64,000 nucleotides of DNA, from the NCBI RefSeq assembly GCF_006345805.1, contig NC_043015.1, positions 1,860,001 through 1,924,000 on the forward strand, given 5' to 3'. The notes below the pieces were generated by a model. That model was given only the letters and a program-made list of their open reading frames with translations, had not been told where the DNA came from and ran no database searches. Source of the DNA: Octopus sinensis (Eukaryota). Positions 13,836-26,150 of this stretch are shown here, in pieces; positions within the stretch are counted from its first letter, which is position 1, and each line of letters begins with the position of its first letter. Both the position numbers and the translations under genes were made by a program.

Positions 13836-13937
13836 AAAATCGTTTTTCTGTATCTTTATTTCTTCTTTTGCTAACGTCTCAAATTTAGGTTAAATCAGTG
13901 TTTCTCAAAGGGGAGGCCTATGGGACGGTCGGACATA
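13836..13937 (+). repeat. Dispersed repeat, copy 1 (copy 2 at 55654-55770, minus strand)
   Basis: TTTCTTCTTTTGCT..GTCTCAAATTTAGGTTAAATCAGTGTTTCTCAAAGGGGAGGC.TATGGGACGGTCGGACA is shared by both copies. Confidence 0.8.
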
Positions 13938-14336
13938 GAGTTGAGGTGTGTTCTGTTAAGTATGTATAAGAGTACAAATAGAGCTCGTTCACTCTTAGAA
14001 TTCCGAAATAGCCTGTAGTATTCTTATGGTATACTACTAATTCTAGTCTTAGGTATTCCTCGTGTGTGAAAATAAAAAGTAAAAAGTAAAAACAAAGTGA
14101 AAAGTAAGAGTCAAAAGGAAGAGTAATTACGGTTAGGCAGCTTCTTAATCGCTACAAATGTTTTCAGACATACAGAACCTCCTACATACATGATCTAAAG
14201 TTTAAATTTATTTATTTAACGATTTACCTGTATAAGAAGATATTTATGTATCTCCTCAGGCGATACTCACTTGCTATTTCCGTAAGCAAAATTTAGATTT
14301 CAATGCTGCAACAAAGAAGAAGCCATGGATGTTTCA

Positions 14337-14433
<97 letters not shown>

Positions 14434-14461
14434 GTCTGTATGTCTGTCTCTTTATATAAAC

Positions 14462-14536
<75 letters not shown>

Positions 14537-15049
14537 TACATACATATATACAGACATACATTGTGTATGCACGTATGTATATTTGATATATGCTCTCTTG
14601 ATATATGCATACACTCTCACTGTCAGACGCACACACACATACACGCATATGTATGTATGTATGTATGTATGAACATACATATTTATCAGAGTTGATCCTA
14701 TATACATGATATACGTTAATCCTTGTATATCTTATAAATTAATGACACTAGCCATCGTGAGATTTTCTCTTTGCTCGTTAACGTTATATCTGGGTACGTA
14801 TCGTCATATATATTGATATAAAAATGTACATATTTTTTTTCTGAATATACACATGTTTGTCTGTGTTTATGCGTGTATGTGCGTTTGTTTATTTATTTGT
14901 GCTCCTGTGTGCGCATCTGAGTGTATGTGTGTGTCTCTCTCTGTTTGTGTGTGTGTTTACGTTCGTTATTGATAAAGTAGGTAGAAGATAATTTCGCAAA
15001 TATAACAAACAATTTGAAGTTTTTCCCAAACCATTATCAGAAACAAAAC

Positions 15050-15287
15050 AGTAATACTAATAATAGCCAAGCCATCTTCAACATCGACCTCAGATTTTTA
15101 CTCGGAGAACGATAACAAAACTATGAACAACATCGACAAAAACATCATCAGAAACCATCATCAACGTGGTCAAGAACAACAAAAACAGTGATAATATTTA
15201 ATAAAGAATACAAATAAATAAAACGAGAACAACAAGCGAATAATAATAATAATAATATTAATAATAATAATAATAATAATAATGATG

Positions 15288-15329
<42 letters not shown>

Positions 15330-15339
15330 TAATAATATA

Positions 15340-15374
<35 letters not shown>

Positions 15375-15475
15375 TAATAATAATAATAATAATAAGAGAG
15401 AAGAAGAAGCAGAAGATAAAAATAATAATGATAATAATAATAATAATAATAATAAAAATGATAATAACAATAATG

Positions 15476-15526
<51 letters not shown>

Positions 15527-15612
15527 TAATAATCGTAATGAAAAGAAGAAGAAGCAGAAGAATAAAAATAATAATAATAATAATAATAAGAAGAAGAATG
15601 ATAATAATAATT

Positions 15613-15643
<31 letters not shown>

Positions 15644-15722
15644 CAATAATAACAATAATAATAATAACAATAATAACAATAATAATAATAATAATGATAA
15701 TAATAATAATAATAATAATAAT

Positions 15723-15768
<46 letters not shown>

Positions 15769-15870
15769 GAATCGTGATCATCATCAGTAAGACCAATATG
15801 TAATCATAATCTTAACAACATCAACAACAATAACAACAACAACAATAACAACAACAACAATAACAACATG
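15050..15870. repeat. (AAT)n/(AAC)n/(AAG)n trinucleotide tract
   Basis: Direct reading. Confidence 0.95.
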
Positions 15871-16315
15871 AACTGTAACATTTACAACTTTTGGGGGCAA
15901 ATAAACTCAGAAGAAACGAAGTTTAATCTTTTCTGCAGACAACAAAGTCGTTTTAATTGAGTTAGTGGAATTAGATAACGGAATTTGAATCATTTCGCCG
16001 CGAGAGACTGGTATTTTCTCTATATCTTAGAGACTTCAAGACTATTTAGCAATGATATCACAGTGGTCAGAATTATTTGTATAACAATTGTATGTTTTTC
16101 TTTCTTTTTCTTTTTCTTTTTTTTGTTGAAAACCCCCTATCACCTTCCGTGTTTTTCATTTCTCTTTCGTTTTCCTTATCGTTCTCTCCAGGCTTTCATA
16201 TCTCGTAATTTTGTTAGTATTTTTATCAAACGAAATCCCTATATTATATATAATGGACAAAACCACTGTTTTAGAACAAAGATTTAATAATAGAAATAAG
16301 CCGTAATGTATTTAG

Positions 16316-16384
<69 letters not shown>

Positions 16385-16386
<2 letters not shown>

Positions 16387-16696
16387 GAGGCGAATTGACC
16401 CAGTGGTTAGGGCAGCGGACTCGCGGTTGTAGGATCGCAGTTTCGATTCCCAGACTGGGCGTTGTGAGTGTTTATTGAGCGAAAACACCTAAAGATCCAC
16501 GAGGCTCCGGCAGTGGGGGGGGGGGGGTCGATCCCTGCTGTACTCTTTCGCCACAACTTTCTCTCACTCTTTCTTGTATTGGCCTGGTCGCTTAGCCAGT
16601 GAAGTAGCGTCATATGAAGGTTAGAACAATGCAAAGCGCATTGTGACCAGCGATGTGTAGCAGCATCTGATAGCCTTGTCATTCACGGTGATCACG

Positions 16697-16700
<4 letters not shown>
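16385..16700 (+). mobile_element. tRNA(Arg-like)-derived SINE, family B
   Basis: Head TGGAGGCG..CAGTGGTTAGGGCAGCGGACTCGCGG..GGTTTCGATTCCCAG (A and B boxes, TCG anticodon-like loop) and tail CACGGTGATCACGGTGA(TA)n. Confidence 0.9.
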
Positions 16701-16727
<27 letters not shown>

Positions 16728-16869
16728 GGTGTAGACGATTATATTAATCTGAGTATTGGTGGGATACGAACTATGAACTTAAAGACGTAGTTAAACATCG
16801 CAAATAAATTTGACTGATGATCTACCGATTCAGCTAAACCATATGTGATGATAATAACAACAAAGATCT

Positions 16870-17050
16870 TTTATTCTATTGGCTCAAGACCTGAAATTTT
16901 AAGGGAGTGGACTAGTCGGTTACATCGATCTCCAGTACTCAACAGGTAGTTTATTTTATCGACCCCGAAGAGATGAAAAGCAAAGTCGACCTCGGCGGAA
17001 TTTGAACTCCGAATGCATAAATGGATGAAATGTAGCTAAGCAGTTTTCCC
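16870..17050 (-). mobile_element. SINE family A, tail type a
   Basis: Family body AAAGTCGACCTCGGCGGAATTTGAACTC on the plus strand. Confidence 0.85.
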
Positions 17051-17199
17051 AGATACATGACAGTTATATGCCACATAGAATTTGACACTAATCCTTTGAT
17101 TAAATTTTCTGATAATATCATACAAGAAATTATCTGAGTGGTTTTTAGACACAATGAAACACTCAGAAACATTCTGTCATTGCTAACACGAAGGAAAAC

Positions 17200-18270
17200 C
17201 TATGTGCTGCCTAAAACCAACTAAATAACACCAGGCTTGGTTTCAACGTTTATAATATGATAATAAACCATCTAGTTAATATGGACAATCTGAACCTGTT
17301 TGCTAGATGTAACAAAGAGCTAGTAGGCTGTTAACAACTGTTAAAAGGTTCAGCAATGGCATCAGGATGACGTTTGGCCTTGATAAATGTACCATAACAA
17401 CATTTGTAAGAGGCAAGCTCAGACAAACAGCCTCCATTAAATTAGATACCGACACTACCATCAAGGAGCTTGACCCACAAGACAGTTACGAATACCTGGG
17501 GATAATCGAAGGAGATGGTACACAGCATGCTACTATGAAGGAAAAAATAAGAACAAGACTCATGCTAAAAACTGAACACAACTCGAAAAATTTCATCAAA
17601 GCCATTAACACACTGGCACTGCCAGTAACCTAATATACACTTAACATCATTAACTGATATGGACAGGAAGACAAGAAAACTACTAACATCTAAGAACGTG
17701 CACCACCGAAAAGCAGACGTGGGTCGTCTGTAACTACCTAGAAATAATGGAGGAAGAGGAATGATGCATGTAGGAGTGTGCTAAAAGAATTCCACAATAG
17801 CAATGAAAAGGTACTTATCTAGTAGAGAATACTGGACGCTGCGGCTTGTGTGGAAATACGAAAGCTGCAAAGTAACATTCCGTTGTCAAGGAAGCTTGCA
17901 AATTCGCAAGGGAACTTGGCATTAATCCTGAAAACAAAGCCACAAAACAAGCAAAATTGATCAAGAAGACTACAAAAAAGAATTTACGGAAACACATTGA
18001 GGAGCGGTGGAGGCAGAAGCCTCTGTGTAGACAGTATATACTTTGAAATCGAAATGCTGATGCAGACTAAGCAACAACCTATCAGTGGTTGAGAAGTTCA
18101 GGACTCAAAGAAATGACTGAAAGTTTCATATTAGCGGTACAAGATCAAAGCTTGCTCAAGAAAAACTACCAGGCTATCGTTCTTCAAAACGGTTCTGACC
18201 GTAAGTGCAGATTCTGCGACACATTTGACAATAGGCCATCTTGTTTTGGGATGTCCTGTGCTGCCCCCAA
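17200..18270 (+). mobile_element. R4/Dong-type (RLE) non-LTR retrotransposon, decayed RT to CCHC region
   Basis: NHLVNMDNLNLF (YxDD region), MTFGLDKC, YEYLGI, AINTLALPV, HHRKADV..LPRNNGGRG, LRSSGLKEMTESFILAVQDQSL..KCRFC. Confidence 0.85.
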
Positions 18271-18289
18271 ATGAATGTGTGTGTGTGCT

Positions 18290-18500
18290 TGTGTGCGTTT
18301 TGCGTCTGTGCTTGTCTCTCATTACCGCTTGGTAACTGGTGCTAGTCTTGTTACGTCTCCGTAAATTAGATGTTCGGCAAGAGATCAATAGAATAAGTAC
18401 TAGACCTAGGAAAAACGTCCTGCAGTTGACTTGTTCGATTAAGACCCTTCAAAATGGTGCCCCAGCATGGCCGCAGTCAAATGACTGAAACAAAAGCTAA
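18290..18500 (+). mobile_element. SINE family C, 3' half
   Basis: Similar to 54400-54590. Confidence 0.75.
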
Positions 18501-18559
18501 AAGCTAAAAGATACGTCTTTCTCGTGAATTGAACCATAGAAAATATGGATACAAAATTT

Positions 18560-19680
18560 GTGATAGAGCCATCTCACATCTGCTTTATACGGATGAACTC
18601 TAGCTATATGCAAAAAATATGAATGATCTAGAGGGATTTGGAGGATTACTAGCAAATGTGAAAAGTGTTAATGACGATATCAACCTGGAATTTGGCTCGG
18701 ATAAGTGCATCAAAGCAACATTCAAACAGGGGAAGCTCATTTCCATTACGCTAAATGATAACATTATTATCAGCGATTTAGACACGAGTCAAAATGGAGC
18801 ATAAAAATCTCTGGGAATAAATGAAAGGAAAAAGGATCCAATGCAACGCCATGAAGGAAAAAATCATCAGAGAAGAATATTATCGGAGTGTAAGACTGAT
18901 TATGTAAACGGGACTGAATTCCCATAATAGGAATTCATCCATTAATTCACTTGCTGTCCCAGTGGTACTTTACAATTATAATATAATTAGATGAAATATA
19001 AATCAGCTGCAACGAAGTGCATCAAAACGAAAGCAAATGGACATCAAAAGATGATGTTCATAGAATTTACATTCCGCGAATAGAGGGTGACAGAGGCCTC
19101 ATCCAGCTAGAAATGTCTGACACGACCACCGTAATAGAATTAATTCATAGAATTACTGATTCGGTGATACGTCTAATTAAATCTGCACGATGGGGATAAA
19201 AAACTCTACAATCTCTCGTTAAAAGAGGCATGGAAATATAAAAGAACTAAACTGAAATGTAAACGATAATGCCCAAGTTGCAATATCAACAGAAGCTGTA
19301 AAACACGACAAGCAAAAAGCTGAAGACGAAGGCCTGTAACAGCTTATAAACAAATAGCAAGACAAACCTCTCCGGGGTCAGCAGCAAAAATTAACGAGAG
19401 ATATAGATAAAGAAAGAACATTTCACAAGCAGAATAGCAGGAATTTAAAATGGCAGACCAGGATAAATCTCTACTCACAGCAGACTACCAAACAAACGTT
19501 CTCCACAATGGGGCTGACCCAGACTATTTTGTATGTGGCAATTTTATTTAAACTGTCCACCACGTTGTGGCTGGCTGCTCTAAATTTGCAATAACAGTTA
19601 AAAACGAAGCATTGTCGGAAAGAGCAATACCTATATTGGAACATCAGTCATCCTTATGATATTTCCCTTCCGAAAAACTC
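18560..19680 (+). mobile_element. R4/Dong-type LINE, second decayed copy
   Basis: HLLYTDEL*LYAK, LEFGSDKC, DVHRIYIPRIEGDRGLIQLE, HVVAGCSKFA. Confidence 0.85.
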
Positions 19681-19689
19681 TATAAATAC

Positions 19690-19868
19690 AGATAGGGAGC
19701 TAGTCGATTACATCGGCCCCCATTGTGTAACAGGTACTTATTTGATCGACACCTAAATGATGAAATGCAAACTCGAACTTGATGGAAACTGAAATCCCGA
19801 AGTAAAGACGGACGAAATGCCGAAAAGCATTTTCCCCGGCGTGCTACCGATTCTGCTAGTTCGCTTAC
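19690..19868 (-). mobile_element. SINE family A abutting (TAA)n
   Basis: Family body; the head lies next to the (TAA)n run at 19869-19937. Confidence 0.8.
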
Positions 19869-19939
<71 letters not shown>

Positions 19940-20339
19940 TGTTTGGAGGAAATAGTCGAATAAGTCGATCGAAGGGCTGCAGCCTTTATCAAATTCCCTT
20001 GATCTAAAGATTCCACTAATCCAGTGATGATGATGATGATGATGATGATAATAATAATAATAATAATAATAATACTACTACTACTACTACTACTACTACT
20101 AATAATAATATAATAGTAATAATAATAACAACAATAGTAATGTTTCGCATAAGCACAACAACAAAATCAGTAGTTAAGGGAGCTGTTATTGAAAGCGCCT
20201 TTAACTGGTACTTAATTTTTTTCAAACTTAGGAAAATGAAAGACTTAGTTTATTAGTTTAGTTACAAGTCTGAATTCTATAACTAAGCATCATACCGATT
20301 CAGCACATCGATCGTTCTACTAATTAATAAGTGTTTCTA

Positions 20340-20545
20340 ATTAAGGCACGAGGTTAGCAATTTTTGAGGCAAGGAGGTTACTCGATATCATTGAACCCAG
20401 GACTTGACTGGCTCTTTTGTTTTATCGACTCGCGAAAGATGAAATGCAAAGTTGACCTCGGCAATATTAGAATTCGGAGCGTAAAGGGAGAGAACAAATA
20501 CCGCATTGTATTTTTCCGATGCCCTAAAGATTGTTTCAGCACACC
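20340..20545 (-). mobile_element. SINE family A, diverged
   Basis: GATGAAATGCAAAGTTGACCTCGGCAAT..GAATTCGGAGCGTAAAG. Confidence 0.75.
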
Positions 20546-20561
20546 ACCTTGCCCCTAATAA

Positions 20562-20615
<54 letters not shown>

Positions 20616-20656
20616 TAGTCTTGATAATAAGTTTAATAATAATAATTTTCATAATG

Positions 20657-20739
<83 letters not shown>

Positions 20740-20869
20740 AAGAAGGAAAAGCAGAAGCAGAAGACGAAGAAGAAGAAGAAGAAGAAGAAGAAGAAGAAGA
20801 AGAACCAAGAAGAAGAAGAAGAAGAAGAAGAAGAAGAAGAAGAAGAAGAAGAAGAAGAAGAAGAAGAAA

Positions 20870-21155
20870 AAGTCTGTGGTCAATGAGGAGAGTAGACGTG
20901 ATGCCAATAGTAATTGTTGCTCTTGGAAGTATCACCTCTCAACTACCAACAAGGCTCAAAATAAATGGTACCAATGTAAGGATAGAACAGCTACAAAAAT
21001 CAGCATTGCTTAGAACTGTAAGAAAAAAAATTCTTAGGGCTCATGAAGCATGACCAGTAAACAAGTATCATCTTAGTCTGCTGGCTGTAGACAGCTGACA
21101 CTTTTCCACCATACCCATCAAAATAAGCTGAGAGTTTTCATCAAAGAATAATAAT
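20870..21155 (+). mobile_element. R4/Dong-type LINE 3' end (RLE C-terminus and 3' UTR)
   Basis: KSLWSMRRVDVMPIVIVALGSITSQLPTRLKINGTNVRIEQLQKSALLRTVRK, then a UTR ending AAGAATAATAAT. Confidence 0.8.
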
Positions 21156-21299
21156 GACTTATTTTATTTGCCACCAGGGCAACAAATGTAGGGCATAGAC
21201 AACGTGTAGATATTTTTTATTGAATGAAACGATTAGAAAGAAATGTAGAAAGTATACACTGTATGCATTAAAGACTAAGTAAGCGTATATATTATACGT

Positions 21300-22330
21300 C
21301 AGGAACAATTAGGTAATAATGATGTGCTCCTCCTGTTACAGGAGGGCGTCTATGGACAGTCGAATAAGCACACCCTCGAATATCTCCCTTAACTCCAAGG
21401 GTAAGTGCCCACTCCAGTTCCATTCCTCTGACTTTCAATCCTATCTATATTTTGAGTGGTACCTCTCACTCTTTAAAAAAATTCGCTCAAGGACAGCACC
21501 TCTCTCTATACCCTCACTTTAGTTCTCAAGTGTATCGTGAAAAAGTCGAGGAGGGATCAGCAAAAGAGGAGTACCTCTGTCAAATTAGTGCCGCAGACAG
21601 AGGAAGAAGGCATTACCTATTTCTTTACTACCCACAGGGAGCTAAACACAGAGAGGACAAACAAGGACAGATAAACGGATTAAGTCGATTATATCGACCC
21701 CAGTGCGTAACTGGTACTTAATTTATCGACCCCGAAAGGATGAAAGGCAAAGTCGACCTCGGCGGAATTTGAACTCAGAACGTAACGGAAGACGAAATAC
21801 GACTACGTATTTCAGCCGGCGTGCTAACGTTTCTGCCAGCTCGCCGCCTTACCTGTCCGATTAAAAAGTGGCAGAAGGGCAATCATCTCTATGGACTCAG
21901 CCGATAGATGGATCTTTTCTACACGAGACCATAGCTGTTCGACATAACTCCACCACTCAACAATGCTCGAACACTCAGTGATTGCTTTAAGAACAGTTTC
22001 GTCGCTCTCCGCTTATCTCAGAGACACACATTTAATGTAACATTTCGAAACAGTTTCACATCCCGATAGCACTGTCAGACACAGGGATTCTGAAATTATT
22101 CATGGTGGTTCTCGACTGGAATGTCCACCAGAAAACATTAGCAAGTTCATTTTTATCGATGTTCAAAGTCTCCCCGAGAGGGTCGTCACACTTCCCCGCC
22201 GCTTATCGTCTATATATTGTTAAAGTGGGAGATCCATCAATTTCATTTCCAGGGTGGGGGAGGAATGTGGTCGGCTAACGAAAAACCAGGTGCCTGGGGT
22301 TCCGGGCTTTCTTTCACCCAGGACCAACTC
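21300..22330 (-). mobile_element. Tx1/L1-clade LINE 3' portion, interrupted by a family-A SINE
   Basis: [72 protein letters not shown] (zinc-knuckle-like region), and LLDFFTIHLRTKVRV*REVLSLSEF. Confidence 0.75.
21617..21850 (-). mobile_element. SINE family A, full length, tail b, nested in the Tx1 relic
   Basis: Head GGCGGCGAGCTGGCAGAAACGTTAGC. AGGTAA occurs at both junctions on the minus strand (short TSD or microhomology). Confidence 0.9.
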
Positions 22331-22948
22331 AGTCAAAATATAAATATAAATACACACGCACATATATACATACATATATATATATACACACATATATACA
22401 ATTATATACACTCACAAACATATATATATACATATATATACATACAAATATATATACATATGTATATATATACGTATATATATATACATATATACACACA
22501 CATATATATACATATATATTATACACATATATATATATATACATATACACACATATATGTATATATACATCATACATATATATATATATATGCACACTAT
22601 ACACACATATATTTATATATATATATATACACACATACATACATACATACTTACATACGTACATACATACATACATATATTTATTAATAAAATAATTTAT
22701 ATATATATTGCGCACGAATCCTACTTTTTTAGTCAAGGGCTTATATGCTCCAATATTAGACATTTTCTTTCGTCAATAGACAGTATTCGCTTATGAGCTT
22801 TAGATTTATAAAATATTATTTGCAGATATATATATATATATATATAATATATATGTTTTCTATATATGTATATATATACGTGTGTGTGTGTATGTATATA
22901 TATATGAATACATATTCGTATGTGCATATATGTAATATGCGTGTGTGT

Positions 22949-22979
<31 letters not shown>

Positions 22980-23340
22980 AATATATGCACACGCACACAT
23001 TTATGTTAATATATATATATGTATTAATATATACGTGTGTGTGAATGTTTTTTTTCATAAATTTGTTATAAGTTGATATATGCCACAAGCGTAGCTATTG
23101 ATATCACGATTATAACAGTCGCATAATTACGAAAATTTACTGGCTATATTCTGTGTATGCAAAAATCTAAAACCTTAGGGATGAACGTCACACAGCGCTT
23201 TGTCAGCAATGGCGTATTTGAACAATGTTTTTTTTAACAAATTTATTACTTGAGAACAAAATATAAGTCATATAAGTATATTAACTTATTTATATAATAT
23301 ACTTAAAAAATAAAAAAAAATATGACGTGTTGAAATTTTT

Positions 23341-23505
23341 TTTTACTTGTTTCAGTCATTTGACTGTGGCCATGCTGGAGCACCGCCTTTAGTCGAGCAA
23401 ATCGACTCCGGGACATATTCTTTGTAAGCCCAGTACTTATTCTATCGGTCTCTTTTGCCGAACCAATAAGTAAGCGATGTTGGTTGGGACAAACACAGAC
23501 ACACA

Positions 23506-23569
<64 letters not shown>

Positions 23570-23750
23570 ATATATATACATATATACGACAGGCTTCTTT
23601 CAGTTTCCGTCTACCAAATCCACTCACAAGGCATTGGTCGGCCCGGGGCTATAGCAGAAGACATTTGCCCAAGATGCCACGCAGTGGGACTGAACCCGGA
23701 ACCATGTGGTTGGTAAGCAAGCTACTTACCACACAGCCACTCCTGCGCCT
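23341..23750 (-). mobile_element. SINE family C, full length
   Basis: Head AGGCGCAGGAGTGGCTGTGTGGTAAG..GGTTCAGTCCC and an internal (CA)n run. Confidence 0.9.
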
Positions 23751-24039
23751 ATGTATATATGAATGCGAAAATGAGTAAGAATATAAACTATGGATGGAAA
23801 CATTCGAATATAAAATCCGGATATTCTGTATAAAAAGATGGAAAAAATGATGAAGATGCTGATGTTGATGGGGATAATAGTAATGCTAATATCCATGCGT
23901 GTATTGTTTTCTTTTCTTCGTTTGTTTCCCTAGCACTGCAAAATTCATAATCCAACGGCAATGACGCTCTTCCCGCCGCGTTGTGCTTTAGAAAAATCAC
24001 AATCACATCAGTCCAAAAACATACTGACGTACTATATTC

Positions 24040-24170
24040 GCCATGATAAATCGCTAGCCACTAAACCTTTTTTTATTTTCTCTCTCTGTTTATTTCTGTG
24101 TTCCTTTCTGTTGAAGAGCATAGGCTCGAAACGTAAAAAAACTTTCTCACTTTCAGAGCGTTAAACTAAC
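24040..24170 (+). mobile_element. Penelope-like terminal-repeat relic with HHR-like motif (CUGUUGA family), copy 1
   Basis: Collinear with the reverse complement of 25110-25328. Motif TTT-CTGTTGA-A-GAGC-atag-GCTC-GAA-ACGT-A-AAA at 24105-24138. Confidence 0.65.
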
Positions 24171-24315
24171 ACACATATATATATATTTATTCTGTAAATA
24201 ATAATATAATATTTTATAACTCTAAAGCTCATAAGCGAACGCTGTCTATTGACGAAATAAAATAGTCAAATATTGGAGCATATAAGCCCTCGATTAAAAA
24301 AGTAGGATTCGTGCG

Positions 24316-24354
<39 letters not shown>

Positions 24355-24361
<7 letters not shown>

Positions 24362-24659
24362 TTCACGTGACCGACCAGACCATCAGATGTTGTTACACAT
24401 CGCTGGTCACAATGCGTTCGCATTGTTTTAGCCTTCGAATGATGCCACCCCGCTGGCTAAGCGAGCAGGCCAACAGAAGAAAGAGTGGGAGAAAGAGCGG
24501 TGAAAGAGTACAGCAGGGATCACCACCCCCTGCCGGAGCGTCGTGAAGCTTTTAGGTGTTTTCGCTCAATAAACACTCACAACGCCCGGTCTGGGAATCG
24601 AAACCGCGATCCTGCGACCGCGAGTCCGCTGCCCTAACCACTAGGCCATTGCGCCTCCA
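24355..24659 (-). mobile_element. SINE family B, full length
   Basis: Reverse complement of the 16385-16700 family with intact A and B boxes. Confidence 0.9.
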
Positions 24660-24683
24660 CACACACACACACACACATATACA

Positions 24684-24719
<36 letters not shown>

Positions 24720-25109
24720 GTGTGCGTATTCATTACAGCCTGCACTCGCTGCGCTCACACGCACATTGACCCTCACTCCAGATGTATATACCAACACATC
24801 ATTCACGTAGATAAGCACGCACATATTCACATATACACATATTAATACGGAACTGCATATATTCACGTACAACCGATATTCACATGCAAACACAACCCCA
24901 CATGTTTCCGTAACATATACGTATTCACATGCGCAAATGGCAGACACTAGCGAGTTCTACGTTGACGTGTGATCTACAACTTCAAAGGCGATTACTTTAG
25001 GTTAGGATTTAATTTCTTTATGGTGCAAAACTCACGGCTGCCAGACTTGTGTGTTCTGCTCGCTGATTACCTCCGCCTTCGCTAAGACGGTGGTATTGTT
25101 TCAGTCGCT

Positions 25110-25328
25110 TTTGTTTGTTTATCGGTGGACAAGAAATCTCAAGAACCACTGGCTAGATTCGAATGACGGATGTGTAAACAGCAAACAGATGTATTAGTTT
25201 AACGCTCGGGAAGTGAGAAAGCTTTTTACGTTTCGAGCCTACGCTCTTCAACAGAAAGAAACACAGAAATAAACAGAGAGGGGTGGGAGAAAATAAACAA
25301 AATTTAGTGGCTAACGATTTATCATGGA
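25110..25328 (-). mobile_element. Penelope-like terminal-repeat relic with HHR-like motif (CUGUUGA family), copy 2
   Basis: The minus strand reads TTT-CTGTTGA-A-GAGC-gtag-GCTC-GAA-ACGT-A-AAAAG at 25258-25223. Confidence 0.65.
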
Positions 25329-25380
<52 letters not shown>

Positions 25381-25437
25381 AATGTATATATATATATATT
25401 ATATATATATATATTATATATATATATATTATATAAT

Positions 25438-25822
25438 ATTAAATTAGAGATAAAACCACTATTAGGCAAATCAAACAATGAAAGACTTAAGCCAATACAT
25501 ATGATTAATTTATATTATTTAAATATTGTTTAAACCTCGCCAAGAAAATATTTAAACCACCTGATGAATGACTGCGACTCAAAAATTTGAAGACGGCAGG
25601 CAGGAAACGATCGTAGTGGGATATTAATTATATTTTTTGATAATTTCGTTACATATTTAAATAATATAAATTAATCATATGTATTGACTTAAGTCTTTCA
25701 TTGTTTGATTTGCCTAATAGTGGTTTTGTCTCTAATTTAATATAATATAATATTTTACTATAAAATTGGATTCAATCCTAAATCTGATTTTTCCCTGTAA
25801 GTTTGGATTTATTCCCTAATAT

Positions 25823-25832
<10 letters not shown>
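25438..25832 (+). mobile_element. Foldback PLE-type non-autonomous element, copy 1
   Basis: Arms 25438-25524 and 25654-25741 are inverted (2 substitutions seen). There is an HHR in the loop, and the tail to ...TTCCCTAATATTTATT is shared with 37680-38087. Confidence 0.75.
25554..25619 (+). ncRNA. Minimal type-I hammerhead ribozyme motif
   Basis: CCAC-CTGATGA-[ATGACTGC..GCAGGCAG]-GAAAC-GATC-GTA^GTGG. Stem I is CCAC/GTGG, stem III is AC/GT with palindromic GATC loop, and the cleavage triplet is GUA. Stem II has two mismatches. Confidence 0.75.
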
Positions 25833-25867
<35 letters not shown>

Positions 25868-25873
25868 ATATAT

Positions 25874-25910
<37 letters not shown>

Positions 25911-26150
25911 AAGACAGAGAGGGACCTATATGAATATGCACATCGTGTGTGTGTTTGTGAGTGCCAGTGTATGTGTATAAATGGCTTTGTTCTATAGACG
26001 GAAAATCTGGCCATTGCAGCACAGCACAGCCACATCGAGAGGGAGATCGAATAATTGAATTTTAAATTAGCATAACTCACACTATTTTCATGCATCATTG
26101 AAATTTGATGGTTGTCAACCTTTGGAGAAGATATGAATTTTGTCACTTAC

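Noticed and set aside
23933-24040. Plus-strand acceptor with long pyrimidine tract and an open frame
   Set aside because: No credible donor; the frame runs into a repeat.
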